From: Batkoa obscura
Lineage: Eukaryota
NCBI GenBank assembly: GCA_030770535.1
Contig: JASVEC010000003.1
Span: 620,001-684,000, forward strand
Reading direction: 5' to 3'
DNA: 64,000 nucleotides
Of the stretch, positions 11,145 through 23,714 are shown piece by piece. The translations under genes were made by a program, and so were the position numbers. Numbering within the stretch: position 1 is the stretch's first letter; every line of letters starts with the position of its first letter. Below the pieces are notes generated by a model. The model was not told the origin of the DNA. It did no database searches and saw only the letters and a program-made list of their open reading frames with translations.

Positions 11145-14100
11145 TTACAATTCCGAATCATCTATCATATCTGAATCATATCTATCATTTTCTTCATAAT
11201 CTTCATAATTTTCTTCAAATCCTATATTATCTATATTGTTTACTTCTTCTGTAGATCCTTGATCGCTATCATCTTTATCAGAGATAGAAACAGCTCTCTT
11301 TCTTCTTTTTTTCTTTTTGTTAATAGTTTCATTAGTTGACGGAGAAGTTGTTTTTTCATTGTTGTCACTCAATAATACTATAGATGCAGTTTCATGGTTA
11401 CTATTGCTAATACTTTCTACATCATTTTCTTCATTTCCACTGTCATCATTATTTTCATTTGATACTACTTCCTGCTATAATATCATTTAGATATATCCTA
11501 ACATATTGTAACTGACTTACTTTTAAATTTACTTCTGGAGATGGGGATCTTAAGAATATATCCCTATTAATTCTATAATCTCTAATCACCGTTCTTTTAA
11601 ATTTTTGCATAATATCGAGCTATATCAAAAATTAAGTGAATACCTTATTAGGTTTAAATTATATTACCTTAAATATTTTTGCTATTTGAATCATACTATT
11701 TTCGAAGTTTTCAATGTTAAGCACCAAGCTGGATACAATTCGGATTTCCTTGTTATTACTTGCTTTTTTAAATTTACCCTTAGGTAATTTCCCAGCAGAT
11801 TTAGGTTTTCTTTTCTTAGTACCATTCGTTTTATCCAGAGAAAGCAAATGTGTAAGGAAGGTTGATACTTTATTATATAAAGTTTCACCTATTCTTTCAC
11901 ATAATTTAATAAGCATGTCTTTATTATATACCAATTTGGCAGCGATTTTCTATAGATTTAAATTGATATTAGAAATTAAATTTTAAAAAAATACTTACGA
12001 ATTTAATAAAACTATTCATAAACTTAAAAAACTTGCTTAAACACCCCAATACCTCTTCAGTGGAACTAGCACTAAAATGGGTTTCTGCTAACAGTTTAAA
12101 GGCGCTTACAAACACATTTAGTTTGGCACATATAACTTTCTCAACTTCAATCGAATTTTTTTCATTTCGAATCAAGAAAAATATTTCTTAAACGATATTA
12201 ACATGTTCAGCTTTAAAAATACTAGTTACCTTTATCTAAACTATTCTGCAAATGAATAAACTGAATATAAAATGCAAATTTATCTAATTCAGCATTAATG
12301 TGCAACAGCATAGTGTTTAAGCAAGGAGAAAGGTTCAGGTTGATATTCAGTTGGAAGCCCAAACACCAATAACTGTTTTCCTCATCATCGGATTCATATT
12401 CCTCTCCTTCAATTCGAATTTTGCTTAGAATATTTCTAAAGCAATCCGCAAGTTGAGGTAAAATAGTAAAATCAGAATCGAAATAGCCCAAATTTAGCTT
12501 AAACTTCAAGATTTCTTTGGATAGTGATATATCAGTAGCAGTTGAATTTTTGAACGTCTCGGTAAAAATGTCTTTTATCTTTTTTACATACAATTCAATA
12601 AGCTCTTCCTTTAAGTTATATTGATGTTTTTTATCCAGTAGTATTTTAAGCAATTTATTCACAATACTAAGTTGATACGTTGCCAATTTTTTATCTGAAT
12701 ATTTAACATGACTCTAAAAAATATTAAAATAATTTGGTTTAAATAAAACTATTATTACTATTAAGTCTCCAATAAATGGGAAAACAACTTCTTCTATTTC
12801 GAATGAATCATCTATGTTTACATAATTAAATACTGTGTTTAGTATCACTTTAAAATTCTCATGGAATTTATAATCATAATCATAAAATATGACTGAAGAT
12901 TTTAATATTGATTCATAACCAAGTCGATGACATTCTTCATCCTAACTTAATTAGCCTTTTATACAAAAAAATAAAATACTAATTACTAATATTGAAGTAT
13001 CTTTTGTATCTGAAATAAATACAGTGATTAAAAGAGCAAATATCTGTAGTGGATTTTGTTCGCTATCAATCTCCTGTTTAAAGCTTTTCGTAATCTACTA
13101 TTTTTAGTACTATCAAATAAACTTAATAATAGCTTACTTTATCTAAATGCCTATTGAATATTTCTAAAGCATAGTGTATTATTTTAGTTTCTGATAAAGG
13201 TGACCCATTCTCATCATTATCAGAATATGGAGTTGCGGCTAACTCAAACAATTTAGTGGCACTCTCTATAGATAGATAAGTAGCTTCAATTTCTTTTTTA
13301 GTTGTTGTCTTCCCTTTTTCTTGTTTATCGCTATTTTTAATATTCTCTGAAAAGTTCAAGAATTTTTTAATGAGCAATGAGATGCTATCCAATCCACTTT
13401 CTTCTTCATACCTTAGTTTGTAATCAACAATATTCTTGATTGTTAGTTTGATAACAATTCAAATAGTTATAGTTACCTCAAGTATGCCCAAAATAAGAGA
13501 AAGCTGCAAATAATTGAAGTGACCCTCTGTTGTCGTTAAACTGAATGAGGCCTCTTTGTCAAGTCCAAGGGTAGCTAATGTTGATTCTTTGAGTAGCAAA
13601 TCTAGGTCTTCAAATATTTGTTTTGATTTTTGGATATAAGAATAATCTATTTGATATTTAGTAAATATATTAATAAAACATTGATAAATATAAAGTCAGT
13701 ATACTTTGGTGGTTTGTATCATTTATCATACATGACAAAATTGCTTTTAAAAGCATTGGCAAGGGTTCAGTGATAGTAGATTCCTTATTATTGCTTAGTT
13801 TAATACATTGCTTAATCTTTACGATGCTTATATTTTCTTGTCTTAATTTAAAGTAGTTAAATGCCTAATTTATAAGTTATCAGGTTATACTAGAGTAAAA
13901 CAAATTACGTGGTCAGTTAAAAACCCGCCAATATATGGTTTAAGAGCTTCACATTCTTTTGAGCATTGTATTAGTCCTTCATAAAGCTCATTTTTAATAG
14001 AAGATTGTTGAGATAAGCAGCGACTTAAAATTCCTAAACCATGTTATAAAAACATACTATTACTATATCATACTTACCCAAAATTTCTAAACAAATTGGA

Positions 14101-16368
14101 TTTACATTCCCTTTTTCGTTATTTTCTGTCTTTATTGAAGTATCTGATGGTATAGTTTTAAGTAGAAGTATTAATCCATACACGGACACCCTACGACTTT
14201 CTTGAGACCTTAATATATATATTAATACAACACTTAACTTAATATTATATATATTACCTTGTAAAAATCCCCTTTTTAAGCACAATCATTAAACTATCTA
14301 AAAAAGGAGGAACAACTTTAATAATTGGTATCCATGCTTTTAACAAAGGCATTGCAGTGGAAAGAGATAAAGATATTATGATTGGTATCAAGTCTTTAAC
14401 TTTTGATGAAAGTGTTGGCAATTGATGTAAACTTGATTTTATAATTAAACTAAATAGTTTGATATACTGCTGAATTGAATCAGAATTAGATAGTATTCTA
14501 GTGATTATCTTTTCGAATATAGTAGGTTGGAATAACTCAATATTCTAAGTAAAGTAACAATTATATAATAGTAGTTATATAAAGATAGGATTACTGTATA
14601 AATTTTCAAAAGAATGAATTTAGCTAAAGAATGTGATTGATCTAAAGGAGACATATAGCCATTTTGTGGTGGTGTTTTCTGGGTTTCTTTTAAAGATTAG
14701 ATGATTTTTAATTTACATATTATTTACCTATAACTTGACCAAATGCTTTTGGTACAGTATCTAAAATAAAGATAAAGAATTCAACTAAACCATGATTCAC
14801 TTGATCCCACCCGTTTTTAGATTTAAATAGTAAAATATTAAACAACTCTGAAATTGATGAAAAATTATAGCAATGTTTCATTTCTAATAAATCATTACTA
14901 TATTAAATAAAAAACTAAACAGTAGTTGATTACCTTCCAATTGGTCTATTTTTTGTAAATCATCAAAATAATTAAGTAAGCATGTTTTAAGATAACTAAA
15001 AATCTAAATTTTAATAATAGCTAATAGACAGTGTAGTACTTACTTCATCTTCAAAGCGTTGAATTGTTGATAATGATAATAATATGGATAGCGTAAATGG
15101 TGATAAATACAAAGTTTTACCAAGCTTTAAAAATTTAATTAAGAATAACCCAAGATTCTAAGGAATAAGTAAATTTATTTAACGATAATAAATAACAAAC
15201 CTGATCTTGTTTAACTGCCATAAGTAAATGTAATAAAATAGTCCCTTCAACTGAGTTTTTATAAGTAAAACTATCATCCTCAATAAATTGATTGTTATCA
15301 TCTTTTTCTGGCATGTTATACTTATTAAAATAACAAATAATTTGGGATATTATTTGATTTTTTAAACCCTATTCATTTTATAATTATAAGATAAAATAAA
15401 ATTGTTACAAATATTACCTTTTTGCTTAACAGAAGTAATTGGTAAACGAAAGGAGGTATTTCGTCAATTTCAATCTCATACCAAATACTTTAAAATTATT
15501 AAAAAATATATTATTCTAAAAAAATATTACCTTGCAGTTTTAGTTACAATTAATTTTAAATTATCTTGACTTAAAACGATTTCATTAAATGAATTAACAA
15601 TCAATGAAGCTTTCGAAGACGACCATTTAGTAGTAGTACAAAAATCCTTAATAATATTGCTAAGATATTCATCTGATTTTGAAGGATTATCAATAAGCCT
15701 ATCGTTGCCTTCTTTACTATTTTGAATTGATTTTAAAAATTGAGAAAATATGGAAAAGATTTTTGTATTGATGTTGTTCTCTTTATCCAAATCTTCTAAT
15801 AATTTATCAAAGAAATAAGTTAATGCATCAAGACAAAATAGTTCCATCTAAAATATTAATATAAATTCAACTAACTTATAAACAACATACTTCAATGCAC
15901 AATAATATTTCTGAGGAAATCGTGTCATATATCGATGAGCTTTCGCTTTCATTTTTGTTCAACCTAATGTTTAAACTAAATGTATTTATTTCAATCAATA
16001 AATTTACCATTTAACAAATATATCTAAAATAAATATGTGAACCTTTGTCCTTAAATCATCTTCTATTTTGTTATCTAAAATCAGGCTAAATTTAAAATCA
16101 TTTGTTTTTACTGCTTATTTACCACCCATTGTTAATTTTAAAAAGCTAAACAAGTCAGCTATATCTTGTTGAGGAAAGGAAACCAATTCATTATTCAAAG
16201 TATTTTTTGTGAAAATACAAATCTAATCAAAATTTACATTTAGAATAAACATAGACTGATATTATTTACCTCATCATATCTTTGGTTCCATATTGATTGT
16301 ATTCCTTCTAAGTCTCTGTTTCTTCCTATCGTCAATATTTCTTCTGTTGTTATCGGGTTTTCATTCAT
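11145..16368 (-). CDS. FANCI: Fanconi anemia group I protein homolog (many short exons)
   Basis: Exon peptides EIPPFVYQLLLLSK, VEGTILLHL, SPFTLSILLSLSTIQRFEDE, GWDQVNHGLVEF, DSLMIVLKKGIF, CLEILGILSRCLSQQSSIKNELYEGL, SLVLNIENFE and QKFKRTVIRDYRI match recalled FANCI blocks in the correct order. Acidic tail with a KKKRRKR NLS. Confidence 0.9.
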
Positions 16369-17162
16369 TTTAAATAAAAAGCTGATATAAATTCGATTTT
16401 TTTGCTGAAACAGCCTATTTGATATTTAAGCCAATCATTTGTTAAATGCTTAAGTCTACTCAATTTTTTATTACTTAATATAGCTAATTACTAGGGAATT
16501 GCTACATCAAATATTATATTTAAAATACTAGTAGAAATGCATTCAAGCTGAAAGTACTTTGATGTATCATTTAAATTGTTTAAATTACTTGAATTTTAAT
16601 GAATTTGTTACTTTAAACTATTTAATACAAGTATACTTAATATTTATACATTTTTAAAGAAAGCATCTACCCTTACTGAAGCATTCTTAATCATCTATAA
16701 AATGTTTATATTTTTCATTTATAGTCTATTTACTGGTAACACTTTCATTAAAATTCAATTAGCCTTTTAAAAGACGTAATTAACTTTTTATAATATATAA
16801 AAAAGAACTTGAATTTTTGAAGTTAAAATTTATTGTTTTAAATTAAAACACTCAAAAAGAAATCTTCTGAATTATATCAAATCTGTATATTTGGCAATAT
16901 AAACTATGTATTTGAATAAATTGCAATCAGAAATTTCCTATTGCTTATGAAATTCCAAAGTTATTGAAAATAAAAAACGTCAATAGTGATTTTAAAACAT
17001 TGCTTATTGATAAAAAATTAAACCTCTCTAGAAAGTATGGTAAGCTTTCAAACGAAAATGCTGCAGTTTTTTTAGCCAAGTTGGGAAAATGAATTCTTGC
17101 AAAACAATTAAAATTGATGACAAGTGCTTCATAGAAATTTACTTTTTATATAATTAATAAAA

Positions 17163-18362
17163 ATGTCCAATAAAAAAGTTATTGAACTTAATGCAGGAAC
17201 AGTAAGCAATTTATATATACTAAAAAAGCTGTTTTAAAAAGATTTAGATACTTGACTTGAAAGCTGAGTTAGCTAGGCGTGAAGAAGAGGCTAAAAAAGA
17301 GCATGAAGTTTTTAAAATTACAGGAGTAAAGCCAGCCAAAAAAGGACTGGTAACTTGAAATTAAAAAGTATTTTGATTAATTAAACAGTTTTAAAGAAAA
17401 AAGATGTGTTTGATAAGTCTAACGTTGGTATTGAAAAAAGAAAAGCTATGGATGCTGTTAATAAAAACCCAAAATCGTTGGAAGACCTGGAACGTTTAGA
17501 ATTATCAAAAAGAACACTTGAAAAAAAAGCAAAGATTTATGAAAAGCTTTTAGAAGGTAACCAACTCTTTAGTAATATTGAAAACGATTTAACTTTATTA
17601 GAAGGAAAAGAGTTTAATGAAATGGATGACAATATGTTAATTGATTTTGAAAAGAAGGCTTGGGAGCAGGAAGGAAAAACAGTAATTAACTATCCCTAAA
17701 AGATGTCCTGAGATTAATCTTTTGTAGGATAATAAGAAACAAGATGAAGATTCCGAAGCTTGGGTCGAATATATTGATGAATTTGGAAGAACAAGAGTTG
17801 GTAGAAGAGAAGAAGTTGAATCTCTCAAGCCAAAAAATGATGGGCCTGAGCTATTATCTAAAGATATGGAAAGGGAGTTAGAAAGACAGAGATGGGAAAA
17901 GGAGATGGAAGAAGAAAATGCAAATGGTATATTGTTAAATATTTTTATCAATATAGGTTTTAATTTATTTAGAATATACACATTTTGATAGGGATAAAGG
18001 TAATGATTAAATATTTTATTTGATTTAGTCTAATATTTATAGAATTGAGAAATTTGGGAGTTGGCTTTTATAAATTTTCAAAAGATGAAGATGAGAGAGC
18101 TGAGCAGATTAAAGAATTAACTAAATTAAGAAAAGAGGTAATATAATACATACTTACGTAACCATTTATTTATTTGATTCAGACTGAGCTGAAAAGATCT
18201 TTACACACTTCTATACAAAATATAAAGAAAAGCAAGATTGAAAAAAGAATGAATAAAGTTGCAAAGTTAAGGGAGAAGCGATTAAATGGAATCCAAGAAG
18301 ATATTAGAAGTGGTAGAGCTTTAACTGAAGACAAAATAGCTGCCTTTTTGAAGAAAATATGA
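17163..18362 (+). CDS. CCDC174: CCDC174-like coiled-coil protein (multi-exon)
   Basis: Motifs ILDLKAELAR, KSNVGIEKR, SKRTLEKKAKIYEKL, LIDFEKK, WVEYIDEFGRTR and ELRNLGVGFYKFSKDEDERAEQI. Confidence 0.8.
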
Positions 18363-18827
18363 GTTAGTAGTATCTGCTACTAGTTTGTTATTTTTATGTT
18401 CATTATAGCTATTTATTAAACAAGTTCATATTTTAAACTTTAGACTTATTTTAATATAAATAAAAAACTATCCAAATAAATTTTTATTGAGATTTACATG
18501 ATCTTCATTTGAACTCCATATTTGAAACATTATTTATAAACATTCAATATAAATCAACAATATAGTTATATTATCATTTAAATTTCCACATGTCTATACA
18601 GTCCAAATAATCCGACTAAAGTATTAAACTTAGTACTTTGATTTACAATCTGAAAATAAAATCCATATTAATTAAATGATTTTTTATTGTAGCTGATACT
18701 TTTGTTTATATTTACTGACATAATCGACCTAAAAAAACCCATTTATTTATAAGCATTAAACATTCTAATCAAAATCTAGATTAAAAATAATTTATTTACT
18801 AATTGCTATTTTAATAAAAAACAAAAA

Positions 18828-19261
18828 TTAAGCTCTAGGTTCGGTATCAATTTTATCGGCAACTTTGATAATACCATGTCTAATAACTCTAGGATCTACT
18901 TTTAATTTGTTACCAAGATCAACCAAAGCGTTTGGATTAGCATGAAAATTTAACAAATAATATCTATACAAAAATAAATCCTATCAATATTTACCTTTCT
19001 TGTATATGTACTCTAAATTACCTTCCGGCATGAAAATATTCTTGATGACGCTTCATAGGATAAGGTAAAGTTTTTTGATGTAAATCTTTAATTTCAGTGA
19101 CTACTCCTTTATGGTTCCATATTGTTTGTACACTTCTTTTCATTAAATCCTTGATATTATTCTAAATCATTTTGTTAACTCCTTGTAATAATTATTGTCA
19201 TTAATTGTCTTACTGGATTTAATTTTGGTCGTACTATTAATGATAATTCATATAATGGCAT
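18828..19261 (-). CDS. MRP17: Mitochondrial ribosomal protein bS6m (3 exons), missed by the ORF track
   Basis: Spliced MPLYELSLIVRPKLNP-NNIKDLMKRSVQTIWNHKGVVTEIKDLHQKTLPYPMKRHQEYFHAGR-YYLLNFHANP...LKVDPRVIRHGIIK fits the S6 family pattern. Confidence 0.88.
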
Positions 19262-19601
19262 TTTGATTCTATATTTTTTTAAAATAAATTTTGTTCATTT
19301 TTTAGATTATTATTAAGTAAACTCATTTTGGCCCAGTTAATTTATGGGATTAATTTAGTTACATTGCTCTAGTATAGCAAATATGGTATTTTAAAATAAA
19401 ACTAGGTGTAATATAATATATAAAAGATGTTTAAATATAGTCAAACTAATATTCAAATTGAATTTATTATGATTTTTTTAATCTAAAAATAGGAAAGCAT
19501 AAAATGAGATATCTTAATTTTAAGTTTGATTTTTAATAAAAATATCTAATCCAACTAGACGATACTACGATAAAGAAAACAAAAGTACTACTATATTAAA
19601 T

Positions 19602-21827
19602 TTAAGCAAAAGCTGCTTGAGGTTCATCTAGTGTTTCGCCTTTTGTGAATGCGGTGGAGCACTTAGCCATAGTAGGAGATGATCTAGCAATTGGATTAGT
19701 AAGATAGAAGTCACCTAATGGATTTAATAAAGCTCCAGAAGCTTTAGAATCTTTGGAAATTAATTGGCTTAATCCCAATAATGGTGAGATGCTTGTTGAT
19801 TCAATTTCATCATAACAGACTAAGGTTGGGGATACATCGCTCATACGATCACGTAAAGCAACAATATCATCATAAGGTAATGTAGCTCCTGCAACTTCAG
19901 ATAATGCACGAATAATCTTCCAATCTTCACGGGAAGCTCCTGGAGGTGGAACTGCAGATCTTGTTTGTTGAGATCTTCCTTCAGTATTAACGTAAGTAGC
20001 ATTCTTTTCAGTATAGGCGGAACCTGGTAAAATAACATCAGCATATTGGGCACCAGCGTCACCATGGTGACCTTGATAGACTACAAAGGCGCCTTTTGGA
20101 ACATCTTTGGTGGTGATATTATCAGCATTTAATAAGTAAACAAGAGATGGCTCAGTTTGGTTAGTTGGGTTAGAGGAGTAACCTATATCAAGAGCAGCGG
20201 TGCGACTAGCATCACGCTGAAGTAAATTGTATCCATTCCATCCTTCTTGAATAAACTTAGATTGATATTTTTCAATTAATTTGGCTATTTCTGAGAAAGT
20301 GGAAGCAGCATTATCAGATTCAGCAACTCCTGAACCAACAATGATCATAGGTTTCTTTGCTTCTGCTAAACGTTTAGCAAATTCACCCTTTCCTGATACA
20401 AGTTCAGAAATAGCACTTGCATCACTTCCTAAATAATTGTAATCGCATGTAAGTTTAACTTCTTCTCCAATTAATGCTACATCAAGCTGTCCGCTAATAT
20501 ATGATTTACGAATTTTAGAGTTGATAATTGGTGCTTCATGACGTGGGTTAGTACCAACAAGTAAAACTAAATCAGCTTCTTCAACACCAAGAATTGAAGA
20601 GTTGAAAATATAATTGGAACGGAAATCGGTTTCATAAACTGCTTTCTTGTCTCCATTGTTTCCTTCTAATGTTAAATTTTCTGATCCGAGTTTGTTGAAT
20701 AAATCTTTAAGAGCAACTAAACTTTCAGCATCTGCAAGTTGTCCTGCAATGGCTTTAATACTTTTAGGATCAACTGATTTGATCTTAGATGCAATAATCT
20801 CTAGGGCATCAGCCCATGTTGAAGGGGTAAAACGGGAACCTTCTCTAACTAATGGTAAAGTTAAACGTTGTCTCTTAAGACCATCATAAGCAAAACGAGT
20901 TTTATCTGAGATCCATTCTTCATTAACTTCTTCATTTAAACGTGGGAGGATACGCATAACTTCAGTACCACGAGAATCAACTCTGATATTGCTGCCCACA
21001 GCGTCCATAACATCGATACTCTCAGTCTTTTTCAATTCCCAAGGACGAGCAGTCATAGCATATGGTTTTGAGGTCAATGCACCGACAGGACAAAGATCAA
21101 TAATATTACCAGACATTTCTGAGTTCAAAGTTTTTTCAATATAAGTGCCTATTTGCATGTCATTACCACGTCCAGAAGTTCCAAGTTCAGAAACCCCAGC
21201 AACTTCGTTAGCAAAACGTACACAACGAGTACAGTGAATACAACGGGTCATTATAGTCTTAACCAAAGGACCAAAGTTTTTATTTTCTACAGCACGTTTA
21301 CCTGCAGGTTCAAGATAACGAGAGCGATCAGAACCATATCTCATAGATTGATCTTGTAAGTCACATTCTCCTCCCTGATCACAAACTGGACAATCTAAAG
21401 GATGGTTAGAAAGTAAAAATTCCATAACACCTTCTCTGGCTTTCTTTACAAGTGGGGTATCGGTATGAACTTTCATACCTGGCATAATTGGGAAAGCACA
21501 TGAAGCAACTGGTTTAGGAGATTTTTCAAGCTCAACTAAACACATACGACAATTACCAGCTACACCTAAACGTTCGTGATAGCAGAATCTTGGAATGTCA
21601 ACTCCAGCTTTCTCACATGCTTGAATAAGTGCTGAGCCTTCTTCAACTTTAATAGAATTTCCATTTATAAAGATCTCTACTTCTTTTTTACTACTTTTTG
21701 AGGTAGAGAATTGTCTCAAACCTTCATTTAAAGATTAAAAAAAATTCGTTTACCATTAATGATAGTTACCTTTACTGATGTGATTTATATAGCGTAATGA
21801 TATCGATTTTGAATTTAAACGCATCAT
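19602..21827 (-). CDS. NDUFS1: NADH:ubiquinone oxidoreductase 75 kDa subunit, mitochondrial; short first exon, intron 21722-21769
   Basis: Fe-S motifs [49 protein letters not shown] and [10 protein letters not shown]-terminal targeting peptide. Confidence 0.98.
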
Positions 21828-23108
21828 GATTTGTATTGTAATTTATAAGTGGAAGCTTGACTTTGATTGCTTCAAAAGTACATACAGTTAAAAATTAAAT
21901 CAATATAATTTAGATTAAATAAATTTAATCTAATCTCTGCATCTTCATAGTCACTTGCTTTGATTGGTTGCTTGGTTTCGAAAAACAAATCATTTCGCAT
22001 TTTTATTTTTATGTTTTATTTGCTTCAGTTTTTTATTAGCCAATTTTTATAGTTTAATTGGTTGGCTAAATTTTAAAGAATCAAATCAAAAATATAATCA
22101 ATTTTGATCCATGATGAGATTATCAAAAGATTTTAGTGATTTTAACTGGCTTTTAAAAACTCAATATAAGAAATCCTGAAGTTTAACTAGATAAATACTA
22201 TTTTATTTTAAAATTAAATAAAGTTTAAATATTAATAATATTAAAGTATATTTGTACAAAAATAACGAATTTGCACCAGTTTTTAATATTACAATAAGCC
22301 ATTTTATATGAAGCCATGTGGTTTTGATGAAGTAAATTATATTTTTTCTTGGTGGCTTATTTTAAAAATAATTCAATTTTAAAAACATTTATGTGGGAAC
22401 ATTCTTTTGTCATATTTTAGTGTACTTATATGCAGCGTAAAATAAGAAAATTATAACCAATACTAAAGAATAAAAGACACTTCCTTATATTGTTAATTCA
22501 ATAAGTTTTTTTAGTTGATAATCGTTAAAATCACATTTTATTTTTAATATTACATTTATCTATTATAAATAGAAATAGAGTGCTATTGACTTTAAAACTC
22601 GGTAGATTTTTTTATAAAAAGTAGTTTAAAAACAACAAATCTATTAAAAATATTAGTTATTTTACAATAAAAATGAATTACGATGTATTTACGATTTATA
22701 TGACACTTTGTAAAACAATTATATTATGATAGTAAAGAACCAATGGATTTAAAATTTATATAAGTTAATCCTGTTTGATTGTAGCATAGCTTTATAAGTT
22801 GAATTTATTTAGTATATAATATTATGCGAAAGTTATTACCATCCTAAGTTAATAGTGTGTTATTGTACTTTCAAATGAACAATATCTATATTATAAAATT
22901 ATAAAATTATAAAAAAGATTATTTATATTATTATTTGAGCTAATATATAAGATTAATACAATATTTATAATGAATAAAGTATTAAATTAAATCAATTTTA
23001 ATTATAATAAAAATTCATAATAAAAAGATCACAAAATTAACATAAATTTTCCCATTTAACTGTTTCTTTAGCGGAAAATAATTTACATTACAAAGGGCTT
23101 TAGTATAT

Positions 23109-23207
23109 GGGGGTATTTTTTTTGGCTTCATTATTTTTTCCATTTTTTAAGCGCTATTTCAGCAGAAAGATTGTTACTAAAATTCTTAAACATAAAAATA
23201 CATCTCC
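23109..23207 (-). mobile_element. ~98-bp MITE family 1, copy A
   Basis: Matches the dispersed consensus GGGGA(T/A)GTATTTTT.TGTTTAAGAATTTTA.TAACAAT.TTTCC.CTCAAATAG.GCTTAAAA.ATGGAAAAA.T.ATGAAGCCAAAAAAA.CACCCCC in reverse. Flanks ATAT/ATAC. Confidence 0.9.
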
Positions 23208-23211
23208 ATAC

Positions 23212-23308
23212 GGGGAAGTATTTTGTGTTTAAGAATTTTAGTAACAATTTTTCTACTCAAATAGTACTTAAAAGATGGAAAAAGTGATGAAGCCAAAGAA
23301 ACACCCAC
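23212..23308 (+). mobile_element. MITE family 1, copy B (inverted relative to copy A, 4-bp spacer)
   Basis: Same consensus, forward orientation. Confidence 0.9.
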
Positions 23309-23423
23309 ATAATGTTTATTCTAAATATTAATATTTAAATGTTTCATGCTTTTTTTTAATAAAATATATATGAGAATATTTACATGAGCAAAAGTGCTTA
23401 TAAAATTTTATATTTGAATATTT

Positions 23424-23520
23424 GGGGGTGTTTTTTTGGCTTCATCACTTTTTCCATCTTTTAAGTACTATTTGAGTAGAAAAATTGTTACTAAAATTCT
23501 TAAACACAAAAATACTTCCT
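23424..23520 (-). mobile_element. MITE family 1, copy C
   Basis: Same consensus, reversed; ATTT/ATTT flanking duplication. Confidence 0.9.
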
Positions 23521-23714
23521 ATTTAGTCTTTTAATATTTATTTAGCATTGTGAGTGATTAAACAAAGTGATTTTCTTGTATTTTTAAATAAAGAAAAGTA
23601 TCTATGAATAGTTATAAACATTCTAAAAAATACTACGAAATTATTAAAAATGGGAAACTTGGTTAACAAAAAAATATTAAAAATTATGACACTTTATTGT
23701 TTTAAAGAAAATGT

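Noticed and set aside
543..21359. Many 60-115 aa ORFs antisense to or out of frame with real genes (e.g. 543-749, 1434-1634, 17637-17981, 19841-20065, 20647-20889)
   Set aside because: Shadow ORFs of well-supported genes, with no independent motifs.
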